From Pseudomonadales bacterium (GTDB lineage: Bacteria > Patescibacteriota > Microgenomatia > UBA1400 > PJMF01): a stretch of 64,000 bases of DNA. Each line of letters opens with the position of its first letter. Position 1 is the first letter of the stretch. Positions 37,004 to 47,685 of this stretch are shown one piece after another. The notes beneath the pieces are model-generated. The model was not told the origin of the DNA and searched no databases. It was given only the letters and a program-made list of their open reading frames with translations. The position numbers and the translations under genes are program-made. The stretch is from contig JACKFW010000001.1 of the NCBI GenBank assembly GCA_020632265.1, forward strand, positions 855,272 to 919,271, read 5' to 3'.

Positions 37004-37169
37004 AATTTCAGATTCTTGTTGAATCTTGATTTTTCTTAAAAAATTAGATGCTGAATATTTTACAATTTCATGAGAATATATTTTTAGATCGTAATTTTTG
37101 TTAGTTAATTTTTTAGTAAATTTTGACAGTTAATTTTTTCAAAATTACTAGTTCTATTGCATAGGGATC

Positions 37170-38435
37170 ATGAATATGGGATATGATTTGTGGCTTTTAA
37201 CTTTTCAATTTGGATTTTTCTATATTTTGTATCTTTTAATTCTTAATAATAAGCTGGCTCAAAATTTGGTTCTAAAATTTGAAAATTTTAAGTTGCTTAT
37301 TCTTGGAATTTTAATTTTGCAATTATTTGCAATTTTTTTGATCAAGTACAATGTTGTTGATGTTTTTATAAACTCAGATGCTGGCAAAAATTTGTTAGAA
37401 AAAGTGGATATTTATTGGATTGATGCAGATCATGGCAAATATCCATTCTTTCCGTTTTTGATTTTTTTGCACGCAGCATTAGTTTCTATTTGGCAGAAAT
37501 TTGGTTATTTAAGTTATAATTTTTATTTTAAGCTGGTTTCTTTATCATTTTTTTATTTTTTTGCTTTACAACTTTATAAGAGTTGGAAGAAGGAAAATTT
37601 AAAAACGGTCAAGCTAAATCTTTTGGCATTTTTATTGTCACCAATTACATATGCAATTCTTTTGTATCATGGTCAGTTTGATATTATTCTGATAACTTTT
37701 TTGTATTTGGCGATAAAAGCATTTCAAAAGAATTCATTTATTTCGAAAATGATTATTTCTGCTCCTTTATTTGCAATCTCAATTGCCACTAAAACATGGT
37801 CGATCATCATGTTGCCAATTTTTGCTATTCCATTGATAAAAAATTTTTCAATTAAAGAGTTTATTAAGTTCTTCGCCTTTGTTTTAATTACTGTGGGCTT
37901 ATTGTTAATCAATATCAAATTTTATACTTTGCAAGTATTTGGATCTAGTACTAGAACAGTCTTAAATGCAGTAATTCACCCCGGTGGTCCAACAGAAATT
38001 TGGGGGCTAGGACTATTGTTGAAGCCTTTTGTAGAGAACTCGCTTGGTTTTTTAAGCCTACTACAGTTATTGGCATTTGCAATTTTCTGGTTATATATTT
38101 ACTATCAAATAAAAATCTCTAAATTTAAATACAACAATTTCTTTTTAGTCTTCATGACGATTCTAATTTTTTATATTTTTACTCCAAGATGGGGCATACA
38201 ATATATTTTTTGGCATTTTCCTTTTATGTTTTTGCTTTTTGGAACGAAGTTCTTAAGAAATTGGATTTACCAATTAGTTATTCCAATCTATTTATTTTTG
38301 AATTACTGCAATATTACGGCACAGACTGAAGTTATTCCGCTTTGGATAATTTGGTTTTTGGGACTGATAATATATTTTAACTTCATAAAAATGGTCATAA
38401 ATTTATTAAGAAATCCTCAAGTTAATAAATTTTGA
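37170..38435 (+). CDS. polytopic membrane protein, possible GT-C-type glycosyltransferase (DUF2029/GT87-like)
   Basis: At least 10 hydrophobic helices and no soluble domain. Assignment rests on topology only. Confidence 0.4.
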   Translation: MNMGYDLWLLTFQFGFFYILYLLILNNKLAQNLVLKFENFKLLILGILILQLFAIFLIKYNVVDVFINSDAGKNLLEKVDIYWIDADHGKYPFFPFLIFLHAALVSIWQKFGYLSYNFYFKLVSLSFFYFFALQLYKSWKKENLKTVKLNLLAFLLSPITYAILLYHGQFDIILITFLYLAIKAFQKNSFISKMIISAPLFAISIATKTWSIIMLPIFAIPLIKNFSIKEFIKFFAFVLITVGLLLINIKFYTLQVFGSSTRTVLNAVIHPGGPTEIWGLGLLLKPFVENSLGFLSLLQLLAFAIFWLYIYYQIKISKFKYNNFFLVFMTILIFYIFTPRWGIQYIFWHFPFMFLLFGTKFLRNWIYQLVIPIYLFLNYCNITAQTEVIPLWIIWFLGLIIYFNFIKMVINLLRNPQVNKF

Positions 38436-38525
38436 GTTTTGAAGCCTATACTTTGACGCTTAAACTTCGATACCGTTTATACCTCACCTGCTGATTTTAA
38501 ATAAACCTGGTAAAATACAGATCAT

Positions 38526-39626
38526 ATGTCATTATCTGTTGGAATAGTTGGTTTGCCAAATGTAGGAAAGTCTACTTTATTTAATGCGCTTCTAAAGCGT
38601 CAAGCAGCTTTGGCCGCTAATTATCCTTTTGCAACCATTGATCCTAATATAGGCATAGTTCCTGTTCCTGATTATCGTTTGGAAGTTTTGGGTGAGATTG
38701 TTTCTGCAAAAGCTATTAAGCCTGCGGTAGTTGAGTTTGTGGACATTGCAGGGTTGGTGGCGGGCGCAAGTAAAGGTGAAGGTTTAGGAAACAAATTTTT
38801 AGCCAATATTAGAGAAACAGATTTAATTTGCCATGTTATCAGAGGATTTAGCGATAACTCAATTCTTAGAGAGGGTAGCATTGATCCAAAATCTGATCGC
38901 GAAATCATTGAAATGGAGTTACTTTTTGCGGATATTGCTACTTTGGAAAAACAAAAATTTCCTAAAGCAACTAAGGACAAAGAATTATTGTTTAAATGGG
39001 ACGTGACTGTAAAAATGTTAGAAGCAGCGATGGAAGGTAAGATGGTCTCAAGTGTTTTGGGGACTGGTTCTTTCCAGAATGCGCAAGCCGAACAAAAAGT
39101 TGCTCGTGAGCTTGGACTTTTGACAGCCAAGAAAATGATTTATGTAATTAATGTTGATGAAGACGTCGTTGGACAGCAGGATGAACAGTCACAGAAATAT
39201 GCTGACCTTTTGCAAGTTGATCTTGAACAAATCGTGATTATTAGTGCCAGAATTGAAAGCGAAGTTGCCTCACTTGGCGATGAAGATGCCACTTTGTTTT
39301 TGGAGGAGCTAGGTTTGAAAAAGAGTGGCTTAGAGAGATTAATTCAAAAAGCCTATGATAGATTGGGATTACAAACCTATCTTACGGCAGGAGAAATTGA
39401 AGTGAGAGCTTGGACAATAACAAAAGGCATGCTGGCGCCACAGGCCGCGGGAGTAATTCATACAGATTTTGAAAAAAAATTTATCAAAGCAAAGATTGTT
39501 TCTTATCAAGACTTTATTGATTTCGGCGGTTGGAAGGGAACAAAAGAAAAAGGAAAACAGAGGATTGAAGGTAAAGATTACGTGATGAAAAGCGATGACG
39601 TAGTGGAATTTATGATTGGGAGTTGA
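38526..39626 (+). CDS. ychF: ribosome-binding ATPase YchF (Obg-family GTPase)
   Basis: G1 GIVGLPNVGKSTLFNAL, conserved NxxE and a C-terminal TGS domain. Size 366 aa. Confidence 0.85.
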   Translation: MSLSVGIVGLPNVGKSTLFNALLKRQAALAANYPFATIDPNIGIVPVPDYRLEVLGEIVSAKAIKPAVVEFVDIAGLVAGASKGEGLGNKFLANIRETDLICHVIRGFSDNSILREGSIDPKSDREIIEMELLFADIATLEKQKFPKATKDKELLFKWDVTVKMLEAAMEGKMVSSVLGTGSFQNAQAEQKVARELGLLTAKKMIYVINVDEDVVGQQDEQSQKYADLLQVDLEQIVIISARIESEVASLGDEDATLFLEELGLKKSGLERLIQKAYDRLGLQTYLTAGEIEVRAWTITKGMLAPQAAGVIHTDFEKKFIKAKIVSYQDFIDFGGWKGTKEKGKQRIEGKDYVMKSDDVVEFMIGS

Positions 39627-39788
39627 TAATACGGGGAAAATTTGTGTTATAATATTGATATCAATTTAGGGATTTTCCCTATAAGAAGTAATAATTAAGT
39701 TTTGTCCATTTGTGTCGGGGAAGTAGTAAAGCGAAAACCTTTCACAAATACCGAGTGCACCTTAGGACAAGACAGAGAGGAGCAGATC

Positions 39789-40148
39789 ATGATGGAAATT
39801 TTGGCATCACCTAGAGTTCGTCAATATGAATTGACATATCTAGTGCCGGGTTCACTTTCATCTAGTGAAGTTTCAAAAACAAACGAAGCAGTTGAAAAGC
39901 TTTTAAAAAAACATAAAATTAAAGTAATTTCTCAAGAAGATTGGGGAAAAAAGAAATTGGCTTATCCAATTAAATATAAAAGCGTCAAAAACTATGAAGC
40001 TTTTTATACTCATATGGTTCTTGAATCCGATTCTTTAAAAATTGGAAATTTTGAAAAGGGTATTTACTTGCTTCAAGATATTATTAGACATTTGATTGTT
40101 CTGGCAGAAAAAGAAACATCAAGTGTGGAAGATTTAAGGACTGAGTAA
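39789..40148 (+). CDS. rpsF: 30S ribosomal protein S6
   Basis: YELTYLV...EDWGKKKLAYPI matches S6 (YEIVFMV...EDWGRRQLAYPI). Start at 39789 is preferred (GAGAGGAG ribosome-binding site). The ORF track's 39702 start adds 29 non-conserved residues. Confidence 0.7.
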   Translation: MMEILASPRVRQYELTYLVPGSLSSSEVSKTNEAVEKLLKKHKIKVISQEDWGKKKLAYPIKYKSVKNYEAFYTHMVLESDSLKIGNFEKGIYLLQDIIRHLIVLAEKETSSVEDLRTE

Positions 40149-40242
40149 TGCTTGCACAATCAACAGTTTATGTAAGAATTGTAAATATAATATATGTTTA
40201 ATATAAGTCCCGACATTTTAGTCTGGGAGTTGAAAGGAAAAT

Positions 40243-40728
40243 ATGTCAGTTAGATCGTTAAATAAGGTTATGCTTATTGGTAATCTTACAAGAGATCCAA
40301 ATTTACGTTTTACACCAAGCAATACTGCAGTTTGTTCTTTTGGTATAGCAACCAACAGATCTTGGGCACCAAGTGACGGTGGTGAGAAACAAGAAAGGGT
40401 TGAATATCATAATATTGTTGCATGGTCCAAACTAGCTGATATTTGTGGTCAGCTACTTCATAAAGGTGACAAAATTTATGTTGAAGGTAGATTGCAAACC
40501 AGAGACTGGAAAGGCGAGGATGGTACAGAGAGAAAAACAACAGAAATTGTAATTGATAACATGATTCTTTTACGTTCTGCTTCTGGACAAGGAGCTTCGT
40601 ATCAGTCAGATGATGATGATTTAGCAAGCCCAAAAGGCAAGAAAAAAGCTGTTAAAGACGAAGACTTTGGAGATGATCAAGACGATCTTCCGAATGTAGA
40701 AGATGTATCAGATGATGTTCCGTTTTAA
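40243..40728 (+). CDS. ssb: single-stranded DNA-binding protein
   Basis: OB-fold N-terminus (NKVMLIGNLTRDPNLRFTPS), Gly/acidic tail ending DDVPF. Sits between rpsF and rpsR. Confidence 0.85.
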   Translation: MSVRSLNKVMLIGNLTRDPNLRFTPSNTAVCSFGIATNRSWAPSDGGEKQERVEYHNIVAWSKLADICGQLLHKGDKIYVEGRLQTRDWKGEDGTERKTTEIVIDNMILLRSASGQGASYQSDDDDLASPKGKKKAVKDEDFGDDQDDLPNVEDVSDDVPF

Positions 40729-40766
40729 TAAACGGAAAGAATAAATATATACTTAAGGGGAAATAA

Positions 40767-40991
40767 ATGAAAAGAAAAAAGATTAAGCGTTTTAAACGTG
40801 CAATGAAAGTGGACAAGAATGTTACATTTTCATATAAAAAAGTAGATGTCCTATCAAGATTTGTGAATGAACAAGGTTCAATTCTAGCAAGAGAAGAAAG
40901 TGGGCTGACTCAAAAGCAACAAAGAAATCTTGCAAGATCTGTAAAAAGAGCAAGACATTTGGCATTATTGCCATTTACTCAAGTTCTTTAA
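40767..40991 (+). CDS. rpsR: 30S ribosomal protein S18
   Basis: [25 protein letters not shown] matches the S18 C-terminal core. Confidence 0.8.
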   Translation: MKRKKIKRFKRAMKVDKNVTFSYKKVDVLSRFVNEQGSILAREESGLTQKQQRNLARSVKRARHLALLPFTQVL

Positions 40992-41069
40992 AGATTGAAT
41001 TAGATTATTTTCAACTTTGAAAACAATCTCAAACAATGTTTAATTGAATAAACTAGATTAATATTTGAA

Positions 41070-41098
41070 AAAGGCAGTAATTATCAGCTGCCTTTTTT
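41070..41098 (+). terminator. Rho-independent terminator after the rpsF-ssb-rpsR operon
   Basis: AAAAGGCAGTAATTATCAGCTGCCTTTTTT: GGCAG/CTGCC stem flanked by an A-run and a T-run. Confidence 0.6.
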
Positions 41099-41209
41099 AA
41101 TAGTTGGATAGTAAACAAAGATATTTTACCAATAAACCATATATAATAACTTTTTGAAATGATTATGGTAGTTTAATTATACGACGAGACTTAGTAGAAT
41201 AAGGTTCTT

Positions 41210-42475
41210 ATGATCAAAAAATTACAAGCTAGTGATTTCCGTAAAGTATTTGCCATATTATTTGTTTTATTTTTGGGTGCCTTTGGTGAATATAAATTTC
41301 AGTATTTGGCAAAATATGCGCGAACAAACCAAGGGGCAGTCAATAGCGGATCTGGCGAAACTCAATTGGCAAGAATTATGAATGCCGTAACGCCCGATCA
41401 AAGAGAGGATGTTGACTTTGGTATATTTTGGGAAGTATGGTCAATCTTAGAGAGAGATTATATTGATCCTGAAAAAATTGAGAGCAGTAAAATGGTAGAT
41501 GGTGCAATCAGTGGCATGACAGCCTCGCTAGAGGACCCATACACAGTTTATCTCTCACCAAAAGATAATGAAAGAAGTGGCCAAGATTTAGCAGGATCTT
41601 TTTATGGAGTAGGAATTGAGCTTGGATATATTGATGGATTTTTAGCTGCAGTTGCTCCTTTAGATGGTAGCCCAGCCGAATTAGCTGGTGTAAAAGCTGG
41701 AGATTTTATTGTTAGGGTAAAAGATGAGGCAAAAGACTTGGATGAAGATAGCTCAAAATGGTCTCTCAATAAAGCTGTTGATAATATCAGAGGACCAATA
41801 GACACTCCCGTAACTTTGACTTTAGTGAGAAAAGAGGTTGACCAACCAATTGAAATTACCATTAATCGTGGAGAAATTATTGTTAAATCTGCAACACTCG
41901 AATTTGTTGATCATGCAGGCAAGAGAGTGGCTCATATTAAGTTGTCAAAGTTTGGCGAAAGAACCAATGGAGAATGGGATAGTATAGTTAATGAAATTTT
42001 AGCTCAAAAAGATTCTCTAGATGGAGTTGTCTTAGATGTGAGAAATAACCCGGGTGGATTTTTTGATGGTGCTATCGATATTGCAAGTGAATTTATTGAA
42101 GAAGGAACAGTTGTAAGTCAAAAAGATAGATTGCTAAATCAAAACTTTTCGGCCAGAGGCCAAGCAAGATTAAAGGACATTCAGTTAGAGGTTTTGATTA
42201 ATAGAGGTAGTGCATCGGCATCAGAAATAGTAGCTGGGGCAGTTCGAGATAGATTGGGCGCAAAATTAATCGGTGAAAATAGTTTTGGCAAAGGTACTGT
42301 TCAGGATAGAAGGAGCTTGTCAAATGGTGGAGGATTACATGTGACAGTTGCCAAATGGTTACTTCCAGCTGGCTCTTGGATACATGAAACAGGGATTCCA
42401 GCAGATATTGAAGTAGAAGATAATCCAGAGACACCTGAGGACGAGCAATTACTTAGAGCTATCGAAGAGATTTAA
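41210..42475 (+). CDS. ctpA: C-terminal processing peptidase (S41 family, Prc/CtpA-like) with a PDZ domain
   Basis: PDZ (GVGIELGY...GSPAELAGVKAGDFIV) and S41 catalytic region (DVRNNPGG...LINRGSASASEIVAGA). Confidence 0.8.
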   Translation: MIKKLQASDFRKVFAILFVLFLGAFGEYKFQYLAKYARTNQGAVNSGSGETQLARIMNAVTPDQREDVDFGIFWEVWSILERDYIDPEKIESSKMVDGAISGMTASLEDPYTVYLSPKDNERSGQDLAGSFYGVGIELGYIDGFLAAVAPLDGSPAELAGVKAGDFIVRVKDEAKDLDEDSSKWSLNKAVDNIRGPIDTPVTLTLVRKEVDQPIEITINRGEIIVKSATLEFVDHAGKRVAHIKLSKFGERTNGEWDSIVNEILAQKDSLDGVVLDVRNNPGGFFDGAIDIASEFIEEGTVVSQKDRLLNQNFSARGQARLKDIQLEVLINRGSASASEIVAGAVRDRLGAKLIGENSFGKGTVQDRRSLSNGGGLHVTVAKWLLPAGSWIHETGIPADIEVEDNPETPEDEQLLRAIEEI

Positions 42476-42520
42476 TTGTTTTTACTAGATGGAGCGAAAA
42501 TATTCTAAATATTTTAAAAT

Positions 42521-43564
42521 TTATTCTGCGTTATTATCGTTTTTATTAACTTCTTGATTGTTCTGGTTTATTTCTTTTTCGCTTTGATCTACAGCGTAAA
42601 TTTCATTCATAACTGGGTGGAGTTCAATCATCATTTTGCTTAAATCTCCGTCGAGTGCGAGAGGCAAGTTATGCCAAGATTGCTTAGATCTATGATCGGT
42701 AATTCTATTTTGAGGATAATTGTAAGTTCTGATTTTTTCGGCACGCTGTGCACGTCCAATGGCACTTCTAGCTGCACCAATCTTGATATTTTTTGCTTCT
42801 TCTTCAATTTCCCACAACTGAGATCTAAGTAATTCTAAGGCAATTTTTCGATTTTGCTCTTGTTTCTTTTCTTGTTTTGAAACAATCATAATGCCACTTG
42901 GTTTATGAAATAGTCTAGCAGCACTACTGGTTTTGTTGACACTTTGGCCACCAGCACCACTAGCTCTAATAAATTGCCATTCTAAATCTTCAGTTTTAAT
43001 CTCTATTTCTTTTGAATGAATTTCAGGTAGTACAGCTACTGACGCTGTTGAAGTATGAATTCTTCCTTGAGCTTCAGTAGTAGGAACTCTTTGAACTCGA
43101 TGGACACCAAGTTCATATTTAAAAATTTGGTATGCGGTGAGGTAATCTTTGTCTTTGGGGTGAATTTCATTCAGACTTCTGGTTTTACCTAAGACTTTTA
43201 TGACCGAATCATCTATATATTCAATTTTTAAATTGAGAATTTCACAAAATCTAATATACATCCTTAATAGGTCATTTGCCCAGATTTTTGCTTCATCACC
43301 TCCAGCGCCCGATCTAATTTCAATGATGCAGTTTACTTTTTCAGTTGTAACTTCCTCAGGAGCATTTTGACCTTGCACGTAAATTTGGGAGGCATTTTCT
43401 AATTGTTCTTTTTGAATTTTTAAATTATCAATATCTGCTTGGGCAAGATCTTTCATTTCGTCATCAGATAAAAGAAAGGTAGATTCCTCAATTTTTTTTT
43501 CAAGTTCGTCGATTTGTTCTTGGTAGGGGTTTGTCATATTATTGGTTTGATTATAACGGACCAA
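42521..43564 (-). CDS. prfA: peptide chain release factor 1
   Basis: GGQ motif (SGAGGQSVNKT) and the PxT tripeptide of RF1 (RVPTTEAQGRIHTS; RF2 would have SPF). Confidence 0.85.
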   Translation of the reverse strand: MVRYNQTNNMTNPYQEQIDELEKKIEESTFLLSDDEMKDLAQADIDNLKIQKEQLENASQIYVQGQNAPEEVTTEKVNCIIEIRSGAGGDEAKIWANDLLRMYIRFCEILNLKIEYIDDSVIKVLGKTRSLNEIHPKDKDYLTAYQIFKYELGVHRVQRVPTTEAQGRIHTSTASVAVLPEIHSKEIEIKTEDLEWQFIRASGAGGQSVNKTSSAARLFHKPSGIMIVSKQEKKQEQNRKIALELLRSQLWEIEEEAKNIKIGAARSAIGRAQRAEKIRTYNYPQNRITDHRSKQSWHNLPLALDGDLSKMMIELHPVMNEIYAVDQSEKEINQNNQEVNKNDNNAE

Positions 43565-43602
43565 AGGACCGTAGTATACAAAAGGTATGGACTTTAATGG
43601 AG

Positions 43603-43986
43603 TTAGGCTTCTGCCGGAGTTTTTTCTTCTGGAGATTTTTCTTCAGAAGATTTTTGGTTTCTATTTTTACCAACTTGTTTTAGAACTGTTTGTTGCTGTC
43701 TTAAAACATCTTTATAGGATTTAGCTTCTTGAGTAGGATTTTTGTCAGCAGAAACTTTCTTGATTGACTTAGATTTAATATCTTCTGCTTTTTTAACTTT
43801 TTTCATAAATTTATCGACACGACCTTGTCTATCAACAAACTTCATTTCACCAGTAAAAAATGGGTGACATTTATTGCAAATATCAACCTGAATTACATCA
43901 GAAGTTGAGCCAACTGTGAATTTATTTCCACAACTACATGTTACTTGAGCTTGATGTGTCCAGTTAGGATGTATGCCTTTTTTCAT
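43603..43986 (-). CDS. rpmE: 50S ribosomal protein L31 with a Lys-rich C-terminal extension
   Basis: MKKGIHPNW...CSCGNKF...[10 protein letters not shown] (L31 Cys motif and HPFYTG-like motif). Confidence 0.8.
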   Translation of the reverse strand: MKKGIHPNWTHQAQVTCSCGNKFTVGSTSDVIQVDICNKCHPFFTGEMKFVDRQGRVDKFMKKVKKAEDIKSKSIKKVSADKNPTQEAKSYKDVLRQQQTVLKQVGKNRNQKSSEEKSPEEKTPAEA

Positions 43987-44490
43987 AAGAGAAATATTGT
44001 ATCACAAATATTGATCAATTATAGAGTAAAAAGTATTATTTTAATGAAGTAATTGACCACATAATTAATTAAGGTAGGATTAACATAGGTATTATTAACA
44101 GAAAGGCATAAATATAAAAATAAAAAGTATGAGCGTGTGGCCCTAATTTGAGAGATATAATTTAGATTTTTCATCAGAATCTTATCAAGAAGGGAGACGA
44201 GGAAGGGGGATGTTTGTTTTGAAGATTTTCTTTAAGATAAACGATCGAACCGAGGTAAAATATTGATAATAAATATTAGCGCATAACTATTTATTAACAA
44301 ATAAATTAATTATTAACGCATAATTCACGAATTATTAACGCAACCTCGAGTATCTACGGAGACCCTCTGGGCATTTGATAGTCCAATTAACATTTTTTGT
44401 TAATGCAAAATAGTAATATTTTGAGCAGAGCAATTAATGACATCATGAATTTTCATAAATTCGAGTGAATTATAAAAACAAGGAGTTATT

Positions 44491-46272
44491 ATGTGTGGTA
44501 TCTACGCAAGCTACAGTAAAAATGCAGCTAAAAAAGTATTATTGGGTTTAAAAAGAATTGAATATAGGGGTTATGATTCTTGGGGAATTGCATCCTTGAA
44601 ATCTGGAAATATTTCAGTTAGGAAACAAATAGGGAAGTTAAGCAACTTGAAGGATATTGTTTTTGAGCAAGTTGATTTATCACTTGGTCATACTCGTTGG
44701 GCGACGCATGGTGGAGTCACTAAGATAAACGCTCATCCTCATTTAGCTAAAAATAAGTCCTTTGCTTTAGTTCAAAATGGAGTGGTCGAAAATTATCAGG
44801 ATTTAAAGGAAAAATTAATCAGTGCTGGCTACGAGTTTGTTTCAGAAACAGACACAGAAATAATTGTAGGACTTTTAGAGCAAGAAATGGAGAAAAAAGC
44901 TGAAAAAACCCTAAATCCAGAAATATTTGCGAAAGTTTTTCAAAATCTTTCTGGTAGAAACACTATTGCTGTGATAACAAATGATGGCCGATTGATGGCC
45001 ATTAGACACGGATCACCGCTATTGGTAGGAAAAAATTCTCGAAGAGACTATTGTTTTTCTTCAGACATTCTCTCAATGAGTGATGATATGGAAGAATATA
45101 TCATTGTTGATTCTGGTGAAATGGTTTCATTTAATTGCGCAACTAAAGAATTTGTTGTTACAAATATTGAAACCAAAATGGTTATTGTTAAAAAGTTTGC
45201 TCCAATTGACCACCGGGCTGAGGTAAGTGAAAAAAATGAGTTCGGAAGCTACATGCTTAAGGAAATACACGAGCAGGCAACTGTTCTTCCAAGGGTAGTT
45301 AGTGGTTTGGAAAAAAACTTTTTGCTTGCTACCAAAATGCTAAAGGATGCAGATCAAATTTTTACTCTTGCCTGTGGATCCGCAAGTTTCGCCACTGGGA
45401 ACACTGCATATTTACTTAGAAAAGCTGGTTATAAAGCATCTGCTATTGAAGCCTATGAAGCTGATTCATATCTCAACCTGTTTAATAAGTATTCAGTTTG
45501 TATTGTTTACAGTCAAAGTGGGGAAACAGCTGATACTAATGAAATTGTTGAGTTGATGAAGAAAAAGGGTGCCAAAATTATTAGTGTAGTTAACATGCCG
45601 GGAAGCACATTAACTCAAATGTCAGACCTATCTTTCATGCTTCGGGTCGGACCTGAATTAGCTGTCGCCAGTACCAAAGCTTTCTTCGGTCAAGTGCTGT
45701 GGGGAACGACAATTTATGATATTTTAACCGGATTAAAATTTAATGATATAGAAATAAAAATCAATGAATTTGAACACAAGTTGAAGGAATGGTTTTCAAA
45801 TAATGAAATTCAAAAAAAGATTGAAAATCTTGCAAAAGATTTAACGAAACATGAACATCTATTTGTGCTTGGAAGAGGTGATTTGTACTATGCAAGTTTG
45901 GAGAGTGCGTTGAAGTTAAAAGAGATTTCTTATATTCACGCCGAAGGTTTTTCGGGAGGAGAATTAAAGCATGGTGTGATTGCACTAATTACCAAGAATA
46001 CTCCAGTTTTATGTTTGGTGGCTGAGGATAAGAATAAAGCTAATATGTTGAATGCTATTTCAGAGGTGAGAGCTAGAGGAGGCAGGACGATTGTGATAGC
46101 AAAACAAGATAATGATCTTTATAGCGATTGGATTCAGTTACCTGATACCAGAGATTATATTTTTCTCTCAAGTATCATACCTTCTCAGTTAATGACTTGT
46201 TATATGGCAATGGTTAAAGGATATGATGTTGATAAACCAAGAAACCTGGCAAAGAGTGTGACGGTAAAGTAA
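44491..46272 (+). CDS. glmS: glutamine--fructose-6-phosphate aminotransferase
   Basis: N-terminal nucleophile MCGI, two SIS domains (GSASFA; SQSGETADT), size 593 aa. Confidence 0.9.
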   Translation: MCGIYASYSKNAAKKVLLGLKRIEYRGYDSWGIASLKSGNISVRKQIGKLSNLKDIVFEQVDLSLGHTRWATHGGVTKINAHPHLAKNKSFALVQNGVVENYQDLKEKLISAGYEFVSETDTEIIVGLLEQEMEKKAEKTLNPEIFAKVFQNLSGRNTIAVITNDGRLMAIRHGSPLLVGKNSRRDYCFSSDILSMSDDMEEYIIVDSGEMVSFNCATKEFVVTNIETKMVIVKKFAPIDHRAEVSEKNEFGSYMLKEIHEQATVLPRVVSGLEKNFLLATKMLKDADQIFTLACGSASFATGNTAYLLRKAGYKASAIEAYEADSYLNLFNKYSVCIVYSQSGETADTNEIVELMKKKGAKIISVVNMPGSTLTQMSDLSFMLRVGPELAVASTKAFFGQVLWGTTIYDILTGLKFNDIEIKINEFEHKLKEWFSNNEIQKKIENLAKDLTKHEHLFVLGRGDLYYASLESALKLKEISYIHAEGFSGGELKHGVIALITKNTPVLCLVAEDKNKANMLNAISEVRARGGRTIVIAKQDNDLYSDWIQLPDTRDYIFLSSIIPSQLMTCYMAMVKGYDVDKPRNLAKSVTVK

Positions 46273-46330
46273 ATTAATAAAAATGTGTAATTAGCTATTT
46301 GATCAAATTGTTTGATAAATCGTTCAACTC

Positions 46331-47560
46331 TTAATTGTTGAGAAACTTTGCAGACAATTTATTTCTGACTTTGTATTGGATACTGAAGAAAACGGCAACT
46401 AGCATGACTACTCCAACTAGAAAATAAAAAGATTGGACTAGTTGTCGTTCAATCATAAATCCAAAAAACATTGCCACCAAAACATACGGTAACTGTATAA
46501 AAAATTGCAGGGTTGAGATGACAGTTGATCGATATTTTGAGTCGATATGTTTATTAATGATTGTTGATCTCCAAGGTTCCGATAATTCTCCGGTGACGAT
46601 TAATAATAGAAAAATAATAGCTCCGATGATAAGTGATTCACTAAAAAATCCAGCCAATAACCATCCAAATGAACCAAGGACTGTAAGTAAAATTATGCCT
46701 TTATTATCACCCAAGAGCATTTTGATTTTATCTAGATAAAAAATTGAGATTGAGCTCACAATCATAACCCCACTCACGAGATAACTGAGTGTTTCACCAT
46801 TATAAGAAAATTGTTCTCCCATAAAAATTCTCACAATACCTGTGCTCCACATATAGAAAGAAGCCAGAATGGCGATCAGTACCGGTAAATATTTTTTAAT
46901 TTCTGGGTGTAAAAGCTCTCTTAAGCCGGTTTTATTTTGTTTGATGAACTGTTGCCAAGAAAATTTGAAAGTATCCACTGTTGGTTCGGTAAATTGGAAA
47001 CTTAAAATTAATGCAATCAACATAAATATTGTAGTTGCTAGCCAGGGCAAGTAAATATTGTAGCGCCATAAGAATCCTCCGATTAGGGCAGAACCAATTG
47101 TAACGGCTGGAAATATCGAGCCAGTTCTTGCCGCAACAAGATCGTAATATTTTTCAGTTTTTGTTTCTACCATCGAGTCATAAGCCAAGGCTTCAAATGA
47201 TCCCGAAATCATTGCAAAGCCTGCAACACTAATGATATTTCCAAAAATAATAAACCAAGTTGAGATTGGGGTTAACATAAAACTACCAATTCCCACAGTT
47301 TGCATCAGTAAGCCAATTTGCACTGTAATTTTTTTCCCTAGCAAATCTGCGATTGCACCAGATGGAATTTCAAGTAGCATGCCAATTCCAAATGAAACTG
47401 ATTCTAAAATACCCATTTGTGCTGGTGAAATAAATTCAAGTACAAAAAAAAGCCAGTTGGCGATTATAAAAAAAGCTAGCGAGAATATTTTAACCCAGTA
47501 GTAAACAGCTATATTTTTTACTCCAAAACTGGGAAAAATATTATTAAATAATTTTGACAT
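46331..47560 (-). CDS. MFS-family transporter
   Basis: Twelve predicted TM helices and the MFS loop motif (GAIADLLGKK). Confidence 0.7.
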   Translation of the reverse strand: MSKLFNNIFPSFGVKNIAVYYWVKIFSLAFFIIANWLFFVLEFISPAQMGILESVSFGIGMLLEIPSGAIADLLGKKITVQIGLLMQTVGIGSFMLTPISTWFIIFGNIISVAGFAMISGSFEALAYDSMVETKTEKYYDLVAARTGSIFPAVTIGSALIGGFLWRYNIYLPWLATTIFMLIALILSFQFTEPTVDTFKFSWQQFIKQNKTGLRELLHPEIKKYLPVLIAILASFYMWSTGIVRIFMGEQFSYNGETLSYLVSGVMIVSSISIFYLDKIKMLLGDNKGIILLTVLGSFGWLLAGFFSESLIIGAIIFLLLIVTGELSEPWRSTIINKHIDSKYRSTVISTLQFFIQLPYVLVAMFFGFMIERQLVQSFYFLVGVVMLVAVFFSIQYKVRNKLSAKFLNN

Positions 47561-47685
47561 CAGAAAGCAATTATATCAGGAATAAGATTTAATTAAATTA
47601 ATTAATGTATTTTAATTTTTGAAATATTATGGTTTTTATGAAGAATGAGTTCGGGATCAATCGCAGAAATTCACAAAGGAGACTT

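Noticed and set aside
39702-39788. Upstream in-frame extension of rpsF (ORF-track start at 39702)
   Set aside because: The extra 29 residues have no S6 similarity. A GAGAGGAG ribosome-binding site precedes the ATG at 39789, and the extension would overlap the promoter/leader structure.
44160-44260. glmS ribozyme upstream of glmS
   Set aside because: Only a GACGAGGA heptamer and a loose AUCGAAC echo are present. The GCGCC-containing P1/cleavage site and P2.1 pseudoknot partners are missing, and the distance to the start codon (~290 nt) is long. Chance occurrence of the 7-mer is expected several times in 64 kb.
46320-46345. Bidirectional terminator between the convergent glmS and MFS genes
   Set aside because: Only a 5-bp stem (TCAAC/GTTGA) with an 8-nt loop and no adjacent T-run, which is too weak to annotate.
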